Origin: a virus
Taxonomy: Duplodnaviria > Caudoviricetes
Direction: 5' to 3' (one strand)
DNA: 47,244 nt
IMG/VR virus record: IMGVR_UViG_3300025014_000154
Span: 1-47,244 of that record
The notes under the pieces were generated by a model, which saw nothing but the letters and a program-made list of their open reading frames with translations, made no database searches and was not told the origin of the DNA. Within the stretch, counting starts at the first letter, position 1. The number at the start of each line of letters is the position of its first letter. A program made the position numbers and the translations under genes. Shown in pieces: positions 36,039-44,860 of this stretch.

Positions 36039-38059
36039 GAGTGACCCTGATCTTCCTGGCCGTCGTCGCCAGTTTCACCAACGACAACTCCGGCCAAATC
36101 GTTGAAGCCAACGCCATCGCATTCTCGACTGGCAAGTTTTCCGGTCCAGTCTTGCCAGCGCCGGACAATCACGTCGACATACTTCGGATCGAGTTCCGTC
36201 AGGCGCGCCGTGCGGCCTGACTTTTCAGCTGCTATCAGGGTCGTGCCGGATCCGCCAAAGGGATCGAGCACCACGTCACCGGGTTTGCTGGAGTTGCGAA
36301 TGGCGCGCTCTACCAGTTCGACTGGCTTCATGGTGTTGTGCGACATGCCAATGCGCGTTTGAAACGTAGGGCTGTCCTTTACCGACAAATTCCATACCAG
36401 CCCCGAGTAATTTATCAGCTTGATTGCGTTGACGCTTCGCAGAACGAAGCTGTACGACTTTTTTGACATGACAGGGTCGGCAGCCCCATCCGTAGGGATG
36501 GCCTCTTGCACTGAAATACCAGTGTTCGGGAGTGATCGGTTTAAGTGTCCCGCAGGCACTGCAGTGCTTCCACCAAACGCCATCGCGTAACTCGCAACCG
36601 GAGTGAATCCGCTTGTGCTCAAGGTGGGTGACAAGTTGCAGGTTTGAAAGGTGATTGTTTTGCTTGTTGTGGTCGACGTGATGGACGCAATACCCGTCTG
36701 GGATGGCGCCAAAGGTTCGTTCCCATATGATGTCGTGTTCCATTCGCAGTCGACCGCCGTACCAGTTTCTGATATAGCCTTTGCTGGTGAGCATATCTCG
36801 TCTCCCTGAATGATTTGTGAAGCCTCGATCCAGGCCAAACTGCCGTCACGCAGAACGAGAAAGGGGTGGTTGCCGGTGGCATCGACTGCGCTATCGATAC
36901 CCATGACGAAAAGCCGAAAGACGCTCGTTTGGACGAAATGATTCGATACGAATTCGACCGGGCGAAACATGCCGTCGGCTGTCAGGACGCGCTCACCGGC
37001 GAGCAGCGATTCGATGATTCGCCAACCGTTCTCCGTCAGAACCTCTGAGCCAGGGCACAGGCAAGGATGCAAATCGTTCTTGTGGGGCTTTTTGATCTGC
37101 CACACATCGCTCTGGTCGCGGTCGCCGCACCAGTGGTGCTTGCCGCCTTCGGGCCAGCCGTACAGAATGGGTTCGTACTGGCGCTGGTAGTCCGAGCGCC
37201 CCATGGTGAAGGTGTTCTTTGCCCAGATGATGAAAGTCGACCACTTGCCACCGGCTTCGCGAAACGCTGCTTGCAGCACGTCGAGTTCACTGGACGACAT
37301 GGCCACGTAGACCGCGCCGGTGCAGTTGGCCATGATGGGTGTGAGTGCTGCCAGCAGGAAGTCGTAAAACCCGTCGCCCAGGTTGTCATTGAGGATGGCA
37401 CGGTCTTTACCGCGCATCTTGTCCTTGGCGCTGTTGGCATAGTTGACGTTGTACGGCGGGTCGGTCACCGTCATGTCCACTTCTTTGCCTTGCAGCAACA
37501 CGTCGTAGCTGGCAGCATCGGTGGCATCGCCACACAGCACACGGTGGGCACCGAGCAGCCACACGTCGCCTGGGCGCGAGATCACAGTCTCTTGCGACTC
37601 GGGCACCTCATCGTCACCGGTTTGGCCCACGTCGCCTTCGTCGCCCTCGAACAGGTCGGCCAGTGCATCGGCATCAAAGCCGGTCAGCGACAAATCGAAG
37701 TCATCATCGCGCAGGGCATCGAGTTCCACCCGTAGCATCGCATCGTCCCAGCCAGCCAACTCTGCGGTACGGTTATCAGCGATCACCAGTGCCCGGCGTT
37801 GAGTAGATGTCAAATGCTCCAACACCACCACCGGGACAGTCTCAAGACCGAGCTTTTGCGCCGCAGCGAGCCTACAGTGACCTGCCACGAGGATGCCATC
37901 GCTGCCGATCAGACAAGGGTTTGTAAAGCCAAATTCAACAATCGAAGCAGCGACCTGCGCCACTTGATCCTGCGAGTGTGTACGCGAGTTGCGAGCGTAG
38001 GGTAAGAGTTTGGCGGTTGGCCATTGCTCGATTTTGTTGGCCAGCCAGGATACGGTCAT
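36035..38059 (-). CDS. ParB-domain DNA methyltransferase (N6/N4 family, DPPY) containing an intein; 431 aa after splicing
   Basis: ParB-like N-terminus (LLPYARNSRTH, VAGHCRL), TDPPYN, HP/TMKP split by insertion, VLDPFGGSGTT. Confidence 0.9.
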   Translation of the reverse strand: MTVSWLANKIEQWPTAKLLPYARNSRTHSQDQVAQVAASIVEFGFTNPCLIGSDGILVAGHCRLAAAQKLGLETVPVVVLEHLTSTQRRALVIADNRTAELAGWDDAMLRVELDALRDDDFDLSLTGFDADALADLFEGDEGDVGQTGDDEVPESQETVISRPGDVWLLGAHRVLCGDATDAASYDVLLQGKEVDMTVTDPPYNVNYANSAKDKMRGKDRAILNDNLGDGFYDFLLAALTPIMANCTGAVYVAMSSSELDVLQAAFREAGGKWSTFIIWAKNTFTMGRSDYQRQYEPILYGWPEGGKHHWCGDRDQSDVWQIKKPHKNDLHPCLCPGSEVLTENGWRIIESLLAGERVLTADGMFRPVEFVSNHFVQTSVFRLFVMGIDSAVDATGNHPFLVLRDGSLAWIEASQIIQGDEICSPAKAISETGTAVDCEWNTTSYGNEPLAPSQTGIASITSTTTSKTITFQTCNLSPTLSTSGFTPVASYAMAFGGSTAVPAGHLNRSLPNTGISVQEAIPTDGAADPVMSKKSYSFVLRSVNAIKLINYSGLVWNLSVKDSPTFQTRIGMSHNTMKPVELVERAIRNSSKPGDVVLDPFGGSGTTLIAAEKSGRTARLTELDPKYVDVIVRRWQDWTGKLASRECDGVGFNDLAGVVVGETGDDGQEDQGHS
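36276..36794 (-). CDS. HNH endonuclease overprinted in -1 frame inside the intein
   Basis: GGAG-N7-ATG; EHDIIWERTFGAIPDGYCVHHVDHNKQNNHLSNLQLVTHLEHKRIH plus CSAC…CRPC zinc-finger-like pair. Confidence 0.88.
   Translation of the reverse strand: MLTSKGYIRNWYGGRLRMEHDIIWERTFGAIPDGYCVHHVDHNKQNNHLSNLQLVTHLEHKRIHSGCELRDGVWWKHCSACGTLKPITPEHWYFSARGHPYGWGCRPCHVKKVVQLRSAKRQRNQADKLLGAGMEFVGKGQPYVSNAHWHVAQHHEASRTGRARHSQLQQTR
36335..37063 (-). mobile_element. Intein (243 aa) inserted at HP|TMKP of methyltransferase
   Basis: Block A CLCPGSEVLT, block B DATGNHPF, block F VWNLSVKDSPTF, block G GMSHN followed by Thr+1. Confidence 0.92.
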
Positions 38060-39489
38060 GAATTTTCCTCTGCAAAATCAATTGTTGGGGTTGCTGGCGC
38101 ACGTCGCTCTGCTGCGACCGCCTTGAAGGTCTGGCCGGTCGCTGCAAGACTCACCGGCACATCGGGGAAGTTTTGCTGGAAGCGAATGACGGCCACGTCC
38201 ACGTACTGCGGCGCGATCTCCACCAGGCGGCACTGGCGACCACTGCGCTGCGCGGCCAGCATGGTTGTGCCGCTGCCACAAAAGGGCTCGAACACAATGT
38301 CACCGGTATCCGAATACGCTTCCATCACAAACTGAGGCAGCGCCACCGGAAACACGGCCGGGTGGTCAATGTCCTGACCGATCTTGCCCTTGTGGCGCAT
38401 GATGCGAATAACCGAGTCCGCGATCTTGGTGTCCTGGGTGAGCGTGCCGACATGGTTCCACGAGGTTTTGCTGCCATCTTTGTTGCGCATGCCACCGGCG
38501 CTGGTGCCGTCACCGCGCAGGTGCGTATCGCGCCCAGCGTAGATGCAGGGCACGTTTTTGTTGGGTCTGCGCACCTCGGAGTCCTTGCGATTGAAGTGAA
38601 ACACGAACTCGAATGCTGGCGCAAAGCGTCCACTCCAGTCGCCCGGCAGGCCTGGGCCCTGGTCCCAAACGTACCAGCCAAATCGCCGCCAACCTTGCTG
38701 GCGCATCCATGACAGCCAGCCATCCCAGTACGGCATGACTTCCTGCTCGCGGTGGATCAGCCCTAGGTTGACCAGCACTTGACCAGTGGCAGCCATGGGC
38801 AGTTGCGCAAAGACGCTGCGCATAAGCGCATCCCAATCAACAATCGAGTCGGTGTAGTCGCGCTGGGTACCGTAGGGTGGAGAGGTGAAACACAGCGCAG
38901 CCTTTTCAGTTTGCATCAAGGCGGCGATCACGGCCGGGTCACCTGCATCACCACAGATCAGGCGGTGCGCACCGAGCAGCCAGACATCGCCGGTTCGGGA
39001 TACCGGGTTGACCGGCGCGTCAGGAACTTCGTCAGCCACTTCGGCTTGTTCGGATGGGGCATCATCGACAGGATCACCTTCGATATCGATGAGCAATTTT
39101 TCAATTTCTTCATCGGAGAAGCCAGTGAGGTTGAGATCAAATCCAGCAGCATCCAGATCTGCCAGTTCCAGGGATAGCAGTTCGTTGTCCCAACCAGCCA
39201 ATTCGGCGAGTTTGTTGACGCTGAGACGAAACGCTTTAACTTGCGTTTCTGACATGTCATCGGCGAGCAGGACGGGAACCGTCTCCAGTCCAAGTTGTCT
39301 GGCTGCCTTAAGTCTAAGGTGACCATCGACAACGGTGCCGTCACTCCTGGCGATGATCGGCACGCGAAATCCGAATTCATGTATTGCAGCTGCAACCGCA
39401 GCTACAGCATGATCATTCTTGCGAGGATTTCGAACGTACTCGATCAAACGGGACACCGGCCATTGCTCAAATTGTTCAGGCAAATGCAT
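38056..39489 (-). CDS. ParB-domain DNA methyltransferase (N6/N4 family, SPPY)
   Basis: VVDGHLRLKAA ParB motif, FTSPPY, HPAVFP, VFEPFCGSGTT. Confidence 0.9.
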   Translation of the reverse strand: MHLPEQFEQWPVSRLIEYVRNPRKNDHAVAAVAAAIHEFGFRVPIIARSDGTVVDGHLRLKAARQLGLETVPVLLADDMSETQVKAFRLSVNKLAELAGWDNELLSLELADLDAAGFDLNLTGFSDEEIEKLLIDIEGDPVDDAPSEQAEVADEVPDAPVNPVSRTGDVWLLGAHRLICGDAGDPAVIAALMQTEKAALCFTSPPYGTQRDYTDSIVDWDALMRSVFAQLPMAATGQVLVNLGLIHREQEVMPYWDGWLSWMRQQGWRRFGWYVWDQGPGLPGDWSGRFAPAFEFVFHFNRKDSEVRRPNKNVPCIYAGRDTHLRGDGTSAGGMRNKDGSKTSWNHVGTLTQDTKIADSVIRIMRHKGKIGQDIDHPAVFPVALPQFVMEAYSDTGDIVFEPFCGSGTTMLAAQRSGRQCRLVEIAPQYVDVAVIRFQQNFPDVPVSLAATGQTFKAVAAERRAPATPTIDFAEENS

Positions 39490-40147
39490 AGGGCTTCTTC
39501 AAAACACGATCAACAGCGGAAATGACTTGATCAATTGTTTGTCGGCATACACGGTTGCGTTTTGCCAATTCAGTGCGCGCAATGCCAAGGTGCTTGTTCA
39601 TAACGTATATCGCGACGTAGTCAAACTTAAAGACTTTTGTGTGCGACGATTGATCAATGCTTCTGGGATCAAACAGACCGGTGCGAATTGCGTGAGCATT
39701 GTTTTCGGCAACCGTCACCCACTCAAGATTGGAGAGTCTGTTGTCGACTTTCAATCCGTTTTTGTGATTGACGCAGAGATCGTGGCGTTCGCCAACAAAT
39801 GCATTTAGGACAACACGATGTCCCTTGACGTGCTTCTTGACTTCGCCAACTCTCATTCGATAGACCACGTAGCCATCGACATCAATCGATCCACCTAAAC
39901 GAATGGTTTCGTACTTTCGAATGAGACGCCCACTCTTGCTTCGCTGTTGTCTACACACCCGATAGACATGACCGTCAACATCTACAGCGTAACAATCGTT
40001 TTCGGTGCAGAAAGAAAATTTGTCGTAGCCAAATTCTTTGATGCTTGACGCAATGCTGGCCACCTGCAGTGGACTGTGAGTACGCGTATTGCGCGCGATA
40101 AATGTCTGCGCTTCATCCTTGCGGTACTCGACGTTGAGTGGATTCAC
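39476..40147 (-). CDS. HNH homing endonuclease-like protein with ParB-remnant N-terminus
   Basis: KGHRVVLNAFVG, VNHKNGLKVDNRLSNLEWVTVAENNAHA; C-terminal HTH-like RTELAKRNRVCRQTI; probable GTG start at 40147. Confidence 0.8.
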   Translation of the reverse strand: MNPLNVEYRKDEAQTFIARNTRTHSPLQVASIASSIKEFGYDKFSFCTENDCYAVDVDGHVYRVCRQQRSKSGRLIRKYETIRLGGSIDVDGYVVYRMRVGEVKKHVKGHRVVLNAFVGERHDLCVNHKNGLKVDNRLSNLEWVTVAENNAHAIRTGLFDPRSIDQSSHTKVFKFDYVAIYVMNKHLGIARTELAKRNRVCRQTIDQVISAVDRVLKKPYAFA

Positions 40148-40424
40148 GGGTTTCGAGCTTTCCAAAAAAAGTACGGCCCGCACGGGTCTTTGAAAACCAG
40201 TGACGGGCTGCGAGGTGCGCTATTTCAAGCGCTGGAGTTGAACGTAAAAACCCGCCGTCAGATAACTCCGAGAGCGGGTTCAGAAAAAGTCGGGCTAAAA
40301 AATACGGGTCAGTTGCTTAAGACCAAAGGAGTCGATGGCATCCAAATACTGGAGGTCATCGCTTGCTGTGCGGCGTTTGCACGGGCAAGGGGTGTGAATT
40401 GAATTCCCCCCCTGTGTGCCAGGG

Positions 40425-40531
40425 TGCAAACCTGCCGTGGTGCAAACTCCTGCAAACCTTGGTTTGCAGTCTGTCGTTGGGCGGGTCTTGCGCTGTTCCC
40501 CCCCGCATAGGATTTTCTGAAAGAAGGACCC
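40425..40531 (-). other. Candidate cos packaging site
   Basis: Minus strand: GGGTCCT (lambda cosQ sequence), then TGCG-GGGGGGAACAG-CGCA, then GTTTGCA repeats (three direct, one inverted). Confidence 0.5.
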
Positions 40532-40742
40532 CTTTTACCTGGGGCTCAGTGGCTAATTTCCAACAGATCGCCAGCGGTTTTCTCCATCCATAGCCGTAAA
40601 TATACCGAAAAACAGGCTGGATGTTTAGCCCTGTTTTGCAGGCCAAAAGGACAAAGTGGCAAAACGCTGGACAAGTGCTGGATACGTTACTCTGCCTGCC
40701 CCTTTGTCTTGGATGTATCCGTGGCGTTTTGTCACGCCTCCC

Positions 40743-41141
40743 TCACTTTTTGAGGCTGTCGTTGAGCTTTTGCGCCACCAGTTGAATGGACTTTTGCCAG
40801 TGCTGCCACGCTGTGGTACGACACATGCCAAAGCGCGTGCAGATGTCTCGCCAGCCGTACCGCTTGGCACGCATCCAGACCAAGTGGCGCTGCTCGACCT
40901 CAAGCCACTGCACCCAGAGCATGACCTCAAGCATGTCCTCCACGTCCTTCGGTGAAGGTGGGAAGCGACAGACCACACGTTCATCGGTTGCCAGCATCTC
41001 CCACTGGCAGCGCACGATGGTGGGCCACGCGTTGAAGTAGCCCTGCACGTTGGCCGAGGGCAGTCGCCTTGCAGTGGCCGCAGCGTCCTCGAAGCGGTTG
41101 GCCACGTCATCAGGTGTCCAAGGTGTGTTGCGCTCAGCCAT
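40743..41141 (-). CDS. DUF6362-like protein, putative late-gene regulator with C-terminal HTH
   Basis: WTPDDVANRFEDAAAT, VQGYFNAWP, WRDICTRFGMCRTTAWQHW; Q-like position; start MAERN at 41141. Confidence 0.7.
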   Translation of the reverse strand: MAERNTPWTPDDVANRFEDAAATARRLPSANVQGYFNAWPTIVRCQWEMLATDERVVCRFPPSPKDVEDMLEVMLWVQWLEVEQRHLVWMRAKRYGWRDICTRFGMCRTTAWQHWQKSIQLVAQKLNDSLKK

Positions 41142-41389
41142 GACGTGTCCTTGGTGTGCCGTACAGACGCTCGCCGATGCGTCGCACCAGTTCGCGCTCG
41201 AGGTAGTCCAGCCGCTTGTCCTCGGCGTTGACCACCAGGATGTTCTGGTCACGCCAGCCGCTTGTCCTCGGCGTTGACCACCAGGATGTTCTGGTCACGC
41301 CAGCCGCGTTGCTTGACGCTGTCCAGGTCTGTGACGGTGGGCTGCAAGCGACCCAGGGGGCATTGGTAGTGGTGGGTTGGGACTTTCAT
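41134..41389 (-). pseudogene. Small phage gene frameshifted by 46-bp tandem duplication
   Basis: MKVPTHHYQCPLGRLQP…EDKRLA* stops at 41249; removing one repeat restores a 69-aa ORF ending 41134 that overlaps the next ATG. Confidence 0.7.
41208..41307. repeat. Perfect 46-bp tandem duplication
   Basis: CCAGCCGC recurs at 41208, 41254 and 41300 with identical intervening sequence. Confidence 0.95.
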
Positions 41390-41401
41390 GTGCAGCCTCC
41401 T

Positions 41402-41962
41402 TCAACGTGCCCAGATCGGCACCATGTGCAGTGGGACGATGCGCTGACGCGGCTCGGGTGTATCGAGGCACTCGCGCAGCAGTTGCTCACGGCGTGCATG
41501 AAAGGCAGCTTGGGCTTGGCCAGACACGTCAGCCCAGGCCTGGCGGTTGATAGCTTGTTGTTGCCCTGCACTGATGGCCGTGCGCTGGTGAGTCATATTG
41601 GCTGGCAGGCTTTGCTGCAACTGACGAAGCTGGCGCTCGCAGTCCAGGAAGTAGCGACGGGCTTGGCGACCTTTGGTGGTGCGTTCGACCATGGCAAGTT
41701 CTTTGGCCATGTCGATGGTCAGGAAGTAGTCGATTGACCTGCGATCTCCACCACGGGTGTTTTGATTCGCCGGATTTGGCGAATCAAACGAGACAAAGTC
41801 AACGCCACGCTCAAAACCAAATTCCTCAACGCGGCCTTTTATCCAGTTTGAGAAGTCACGCTTGACCTCCAAAAAACCGTGCAACACACGCGCGTCGACC
41901 ATTTGGCTTGACTGGCCGTTGAGTGTGGTCGGGACGATGGGAATCAGTGTTGGTTTTTTCAT
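41402..41962 (-). CDS. AntA/AntB family antirepressor
   Basis: VDARVLHGFLEVKRDFSNWIKGR, DYFLTIDMAKELAMVE, GRQARRYFLDCE. Confidence 0.9.
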   Translation of the reverse strand: MKKPTLIPIVPTTLNGQSSQMVDARVLHGFLEVKRDFSNWIKGRVEEFGFERGVDFVSFDSPNPANQNTRGGDRRSIDYFLTIDMAKELAMVERTTKGRQARRYFLDCERQLRQLQQSLPANMTHQRTAISAGQQQAINRQAWADVSGQAQAAFHARREQLLRECLDTPEPRQRIVPLHMVPIWAR

Positions 41963-42429
41963 TCGTTTTCTCCTTGGGTATCCATCGCCCAGTACAGGAT
42001 GGCCAGGGCATCGGCTTCGTTGTCGTCAGTGACGGGGTGACCAAGGGCACGCATGGCCGCGATGACCTCTGCCTTGCCTGCGTTGCCTTTGCCGGTGGCG
42101 TGCTTCTTGATCGTGCCCACGGGCACGCCCTGGTACGGGATGCGGTGGTGCTCGCACCAGGTGGTGAGAGTGGCCATCAAGCCGCCATAGACGTGGGCGG
42201 CGTCAACCCCAACGTGGCGGCGGACCTCCTCGAAGTACACGGCGTTGATCTCGCCAGTCATCGTTTTGATTTCAGCCAGCCAGTGTTTGAAGCGCAGGAA
42301 GCGCATGCCACCGCCCTCGAAACGCTGCGATTTGAAGCTGACAAAGCCGTGGGCAGTCTGGCCGTTCTGGGGGCGAAGAGCCCAGCCAGTGGTTGTCCCG
42401 AGGTCAAGGGTAAGGATTGTGTTGTTCAT
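41959..42429 (-). CDS. RuvC-like Holliday junction resolvase
   Basis: ILTLDLGTTTGWA, VYFEEV, IKKHATGKGNAGK, DDNEADALA. Confidence 0.8.
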   Translation of the reverse strand: MNNTILTLDLGTTTGWALRPQNGQTAHGFVSFKSQRFEGGGMRFLRFKHWLAEIKTMTGEINAVYFEEVRRHVGVDAAHVYGGLMATLTTWCEHHRIPYQGVPVGTIKKHATGKGNAGKAEVIAAMRALGHPVTDDNEADALAILYWAMDTQGENE

Positions 42430-42568
42430 GATTTGTGTCATTTCCGGGGTGGTCTGACGCAGTCGCCACAGCTTGTCGTAACTTTCCATAAGGTGCGGGT
42501 CACCTCACGTGTGAGGGTTAACGGGGGACTGCGACGACTGCGTCAGACTGAGGGTTTTTTTTATGGGG

Positions 42569-44860
42569 TCAGTTGTCTGCGTAGGGCGTGTAGCTGGCAC
42601 TCGGTGGCGACTTCAGTCCGATGCCCTTAAAACCACGGACACCTGAACCGTTGCGCCACTTTTCAAAGCCACGGGTGATCAGCAGGTCAGAAAATCTGCG
42701 TTGTGAACCAATGAATTCGCCAGCAGCTTCAGCCCAAGACTTCCAATCGTTGAAGAGCTCTGCTGTCAGTGATCTGGCACTCTCGACTGCTACGCATTTC
42801 TCATCAAGCCAGCGACCCAAGGCGTCCTCGGCCTCGAAATACTCGTCGGTGGCATCCGTGACCTGCTGTGGACGATCAAGCCGACCCAGTCGTTGCCATG
42901 CCAAACAGCCTTCCAGCGCCCAGGCAAGGATTCCGTCACGTTCGGCCAGGAGTTTTTGCTGGAGGTGTTTGTCGCGCTTTTCGGGCGGCACAGTGATGGT
43001 GAACGGGATCAGGTGCAAGCGCCGCTTCATAGCCTCGTCGATATTGCGAATAGCCGGTTTGTGGTTGCCTGCGACAAAGAGCTTGAACTGCGGAAAGAAC
43101 TCAAAGAAGTCCTGGCGCATGAAACGCGCTGCGATCTTGTCGCCGCCAGTGAGGTTTTTTACCTTCGATTCAGCCCAGCGGCGACCCTGTTCAGTCTCAA
43201 TCGCTGCCACAAACCGTGCCCCACGCAGACCGGCCATGTCGGTCGGATGGCGGTCAGTGCGGGTTTCCATGAACGTATCCATCGGCGCGTTGGTGGCGTA
43301 GTCGCCCAGAATGTCGGCCAGGGTGTTGACGAACACTGACTTGCCATTGGCACCGGTGCCATAGAGAAAGAACAGTGCGTGCTCCCGGGTTGACCCGGTC
43401 AGTGCATAGCCCACCATGCGTTGCAGATAGGTCTGCATTTCCACATCGCCCCCAGTGACCTCGTGGATGAACTGCCGCCAGATCGGACACTCGCCACGAG
43501 GGGTGGCCGTTGTGATCTTAGTCATGCGGTCGCATCGATCATGGTCTCGCAGCCGTCCACTCCTGAGATCGACGACCCCACCCGGTGTGTTGAGCAACCA
43601 GGGGTCAGCATCCCACTCATCAGTGGTTGCAGCATGACGACGGTCAGCGCGTGCCAGGCGTTCAACACCGCCGATGGTGCTTGATGCCGCCAATTTGGCA
43701 GCGACCCTGGGGTTGCTCGCGTTGAGCGATGCGTGTCGACACACATGCCGAATCAAGTCACTGGCAGCCAACGTGTCTTCAGCTCGCCAGCGCAGGCCAT
43801 CCCAGACCAGCCACTTGCCCCATCCTGCAACATAGCGCCAATCGTTGTGATAGCGCCGGGTGAACGACAGCGCCAGGGCATCTTCCGTGCCCCAAACAGC
43901 CTCTTCAGTGGCACTGCCGGTGGTGGCCGAGTCCGGGCCATCAGCCACCAAGTACATCTGCATACGTGGGCCGTGAGCAATGAAGCCTGCAACATCGAAC
44001 CCTTCGGCTTGAGCATCTGCTGCATCCCACCCCTCGGCCGCAGCCTCTGGTGGGTACAGGATATGGCAAGTTTTGGCACCAGCAGCCAACATCGCCTGCG
44101 CTGCACGATCTGCGTATTCCCAGCCAGGCTTGTCCTTGTCTGGCCACATCAGCACTGTTTTGCCTGCCAGAGGTAACCAGTCGGTTTTGTCCACCGGCGC
44201 GTTGGCTCCATGCATGGCGGTGGTGGCGCAGATGCCCGCATCGATCAGGGTTTTGGCACACTTTTCACCTTCGACCAACACCACCCGGTCAGACTTAAGC
44301 ATGCCCGGCTGGTTGTACAGTGGCCGGGGATCAGGTGATGTAGCCTTTTTGCGTTTGACATCCCAGGGGCGGAACTCCTTCTTCTTGCCGGGTGGGTCGT
44401 ACCGATGCACGATGGCGATCAGCTTTCCGTCGCCGTCCAGATAATCCCACTTGGCCGTGGCTGGTCCGAGATCGTCCATGGGTGGCTCGACCTTGCGCTT
44501 GCGCGTTAGCTGTTGTGGCGCTTTGCCGACCAGTTGCGCCGCAAAACTGAGCACCTTAGCAAAGTCCGAATGAATATTGAGCGATTGATGGGCAGCAATC
44601 AGATCGAAGATGTCACCGCCCTGACCAGTTGCACGATCTGTCCACAGTCCGGCCTTCTCACCGGTAAGAACGATCTCCAGACTGTCGCCTGGGCTACCCA
44701 GAATGTCGCCCACCAGAAACTTGTCGCGTTTGACCTTGCCAGCGGGAAACATGTCCCTCAGCACTGACTCAAGTCGCAGCAGCAAGCTGGCGCGAATTTC
44801 TTCGCGGTTGCCATCGCCAGACGGTGATGGTGCCGGTGTCACATCGTTAAAGTCCATCAT
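42569..44860 (-). CDS. Phage/plasmid primase-helicase, P4 family (TOPRIM + D5-like SF3 helicase)
   Basis: LVEGEKCA and WPDKD TOPRIM motifs; YGTGANGKS Walker A; KNLTGGDKIAARFMRQDFFEF; start MMDFND. Confidence 0.92.
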   Translation of the reverse strand: MMDFNDVTPAPSPSGDGNREEIRASLLLRLESVLRDMFPAGKVKRDKFLVGDILGSPGDSLEIVLTGEKAGLWTDRATGQGGDIFDLIAAHQSLNIHSDFAKVLSFAAQLVGKAPQQLTRKRKVEPPMDDLGPATAKWDYLDGDGKLIAIVHRYDPPGKKKEFRPWDVKRKKATSPDPRPLYNQPGMLKSDRVVLVEGEKCAKTLIDAGICATTAMHGANAPVDKTDWLPLAGKTVLMWPDKDKPGWEYADRAAQAMLAAGAKTCHILYPPEAAAEGWDAADAQAEGFDVAGFIAHGPRMQMYLVADGPDSATTGSATEEAVWGTEDALALSFTRRYHNDWRYVAGWGKWLVWDGLRWRAEDTLAASDLIRHVCRHASLNASNPRVAAKLAASSTIGGVERLARADRRHAATTDEWDADPWLLNTPGGVVDLRSGRLRDHDRCDRMTKITTATPRGECPIWRQFIHEVTGGDVEMQTYLQRMVGYALTGSTREHALFFLYGTGANGKSVFVNTLADILGDYATNAPMDTFMETRTDRHPTDMAGLRGARFVAAIETEQGRRWAESKVKNLTGGDKIAARFMRQDFFEFFPQFKLFVAGNHKPAIRNIDEAMKRRLHLIPFTITVPPEKRDKHLQQKLLAERDGILAWALEGCLAWQRLGRLDRPQQVTDATDEYFEAEDALGRWLDEKCVAVESARSLTAELFNDWKSWAEAAGEFIGSQRRFSDLLITRGFEKWRNGSGVRGFKGIGLKSPPSASYTPYADN

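Noticed and set aside
39476-40147. Terminase-accessory HNH (HK97 gp74-like) because it lies near the cos candidate
   Set aside because: It is about twice the expected size, has homing-endonuclease-like flanking domains and a ParB remnant, and the terminase is lambda gpA type.
41208-41307. CRISPR array
   Set aside because: Head-to-tail duplication with no spacers, inside a coding sequence; the nearby Cas4-like nuclease is a common phage replication-module gene.
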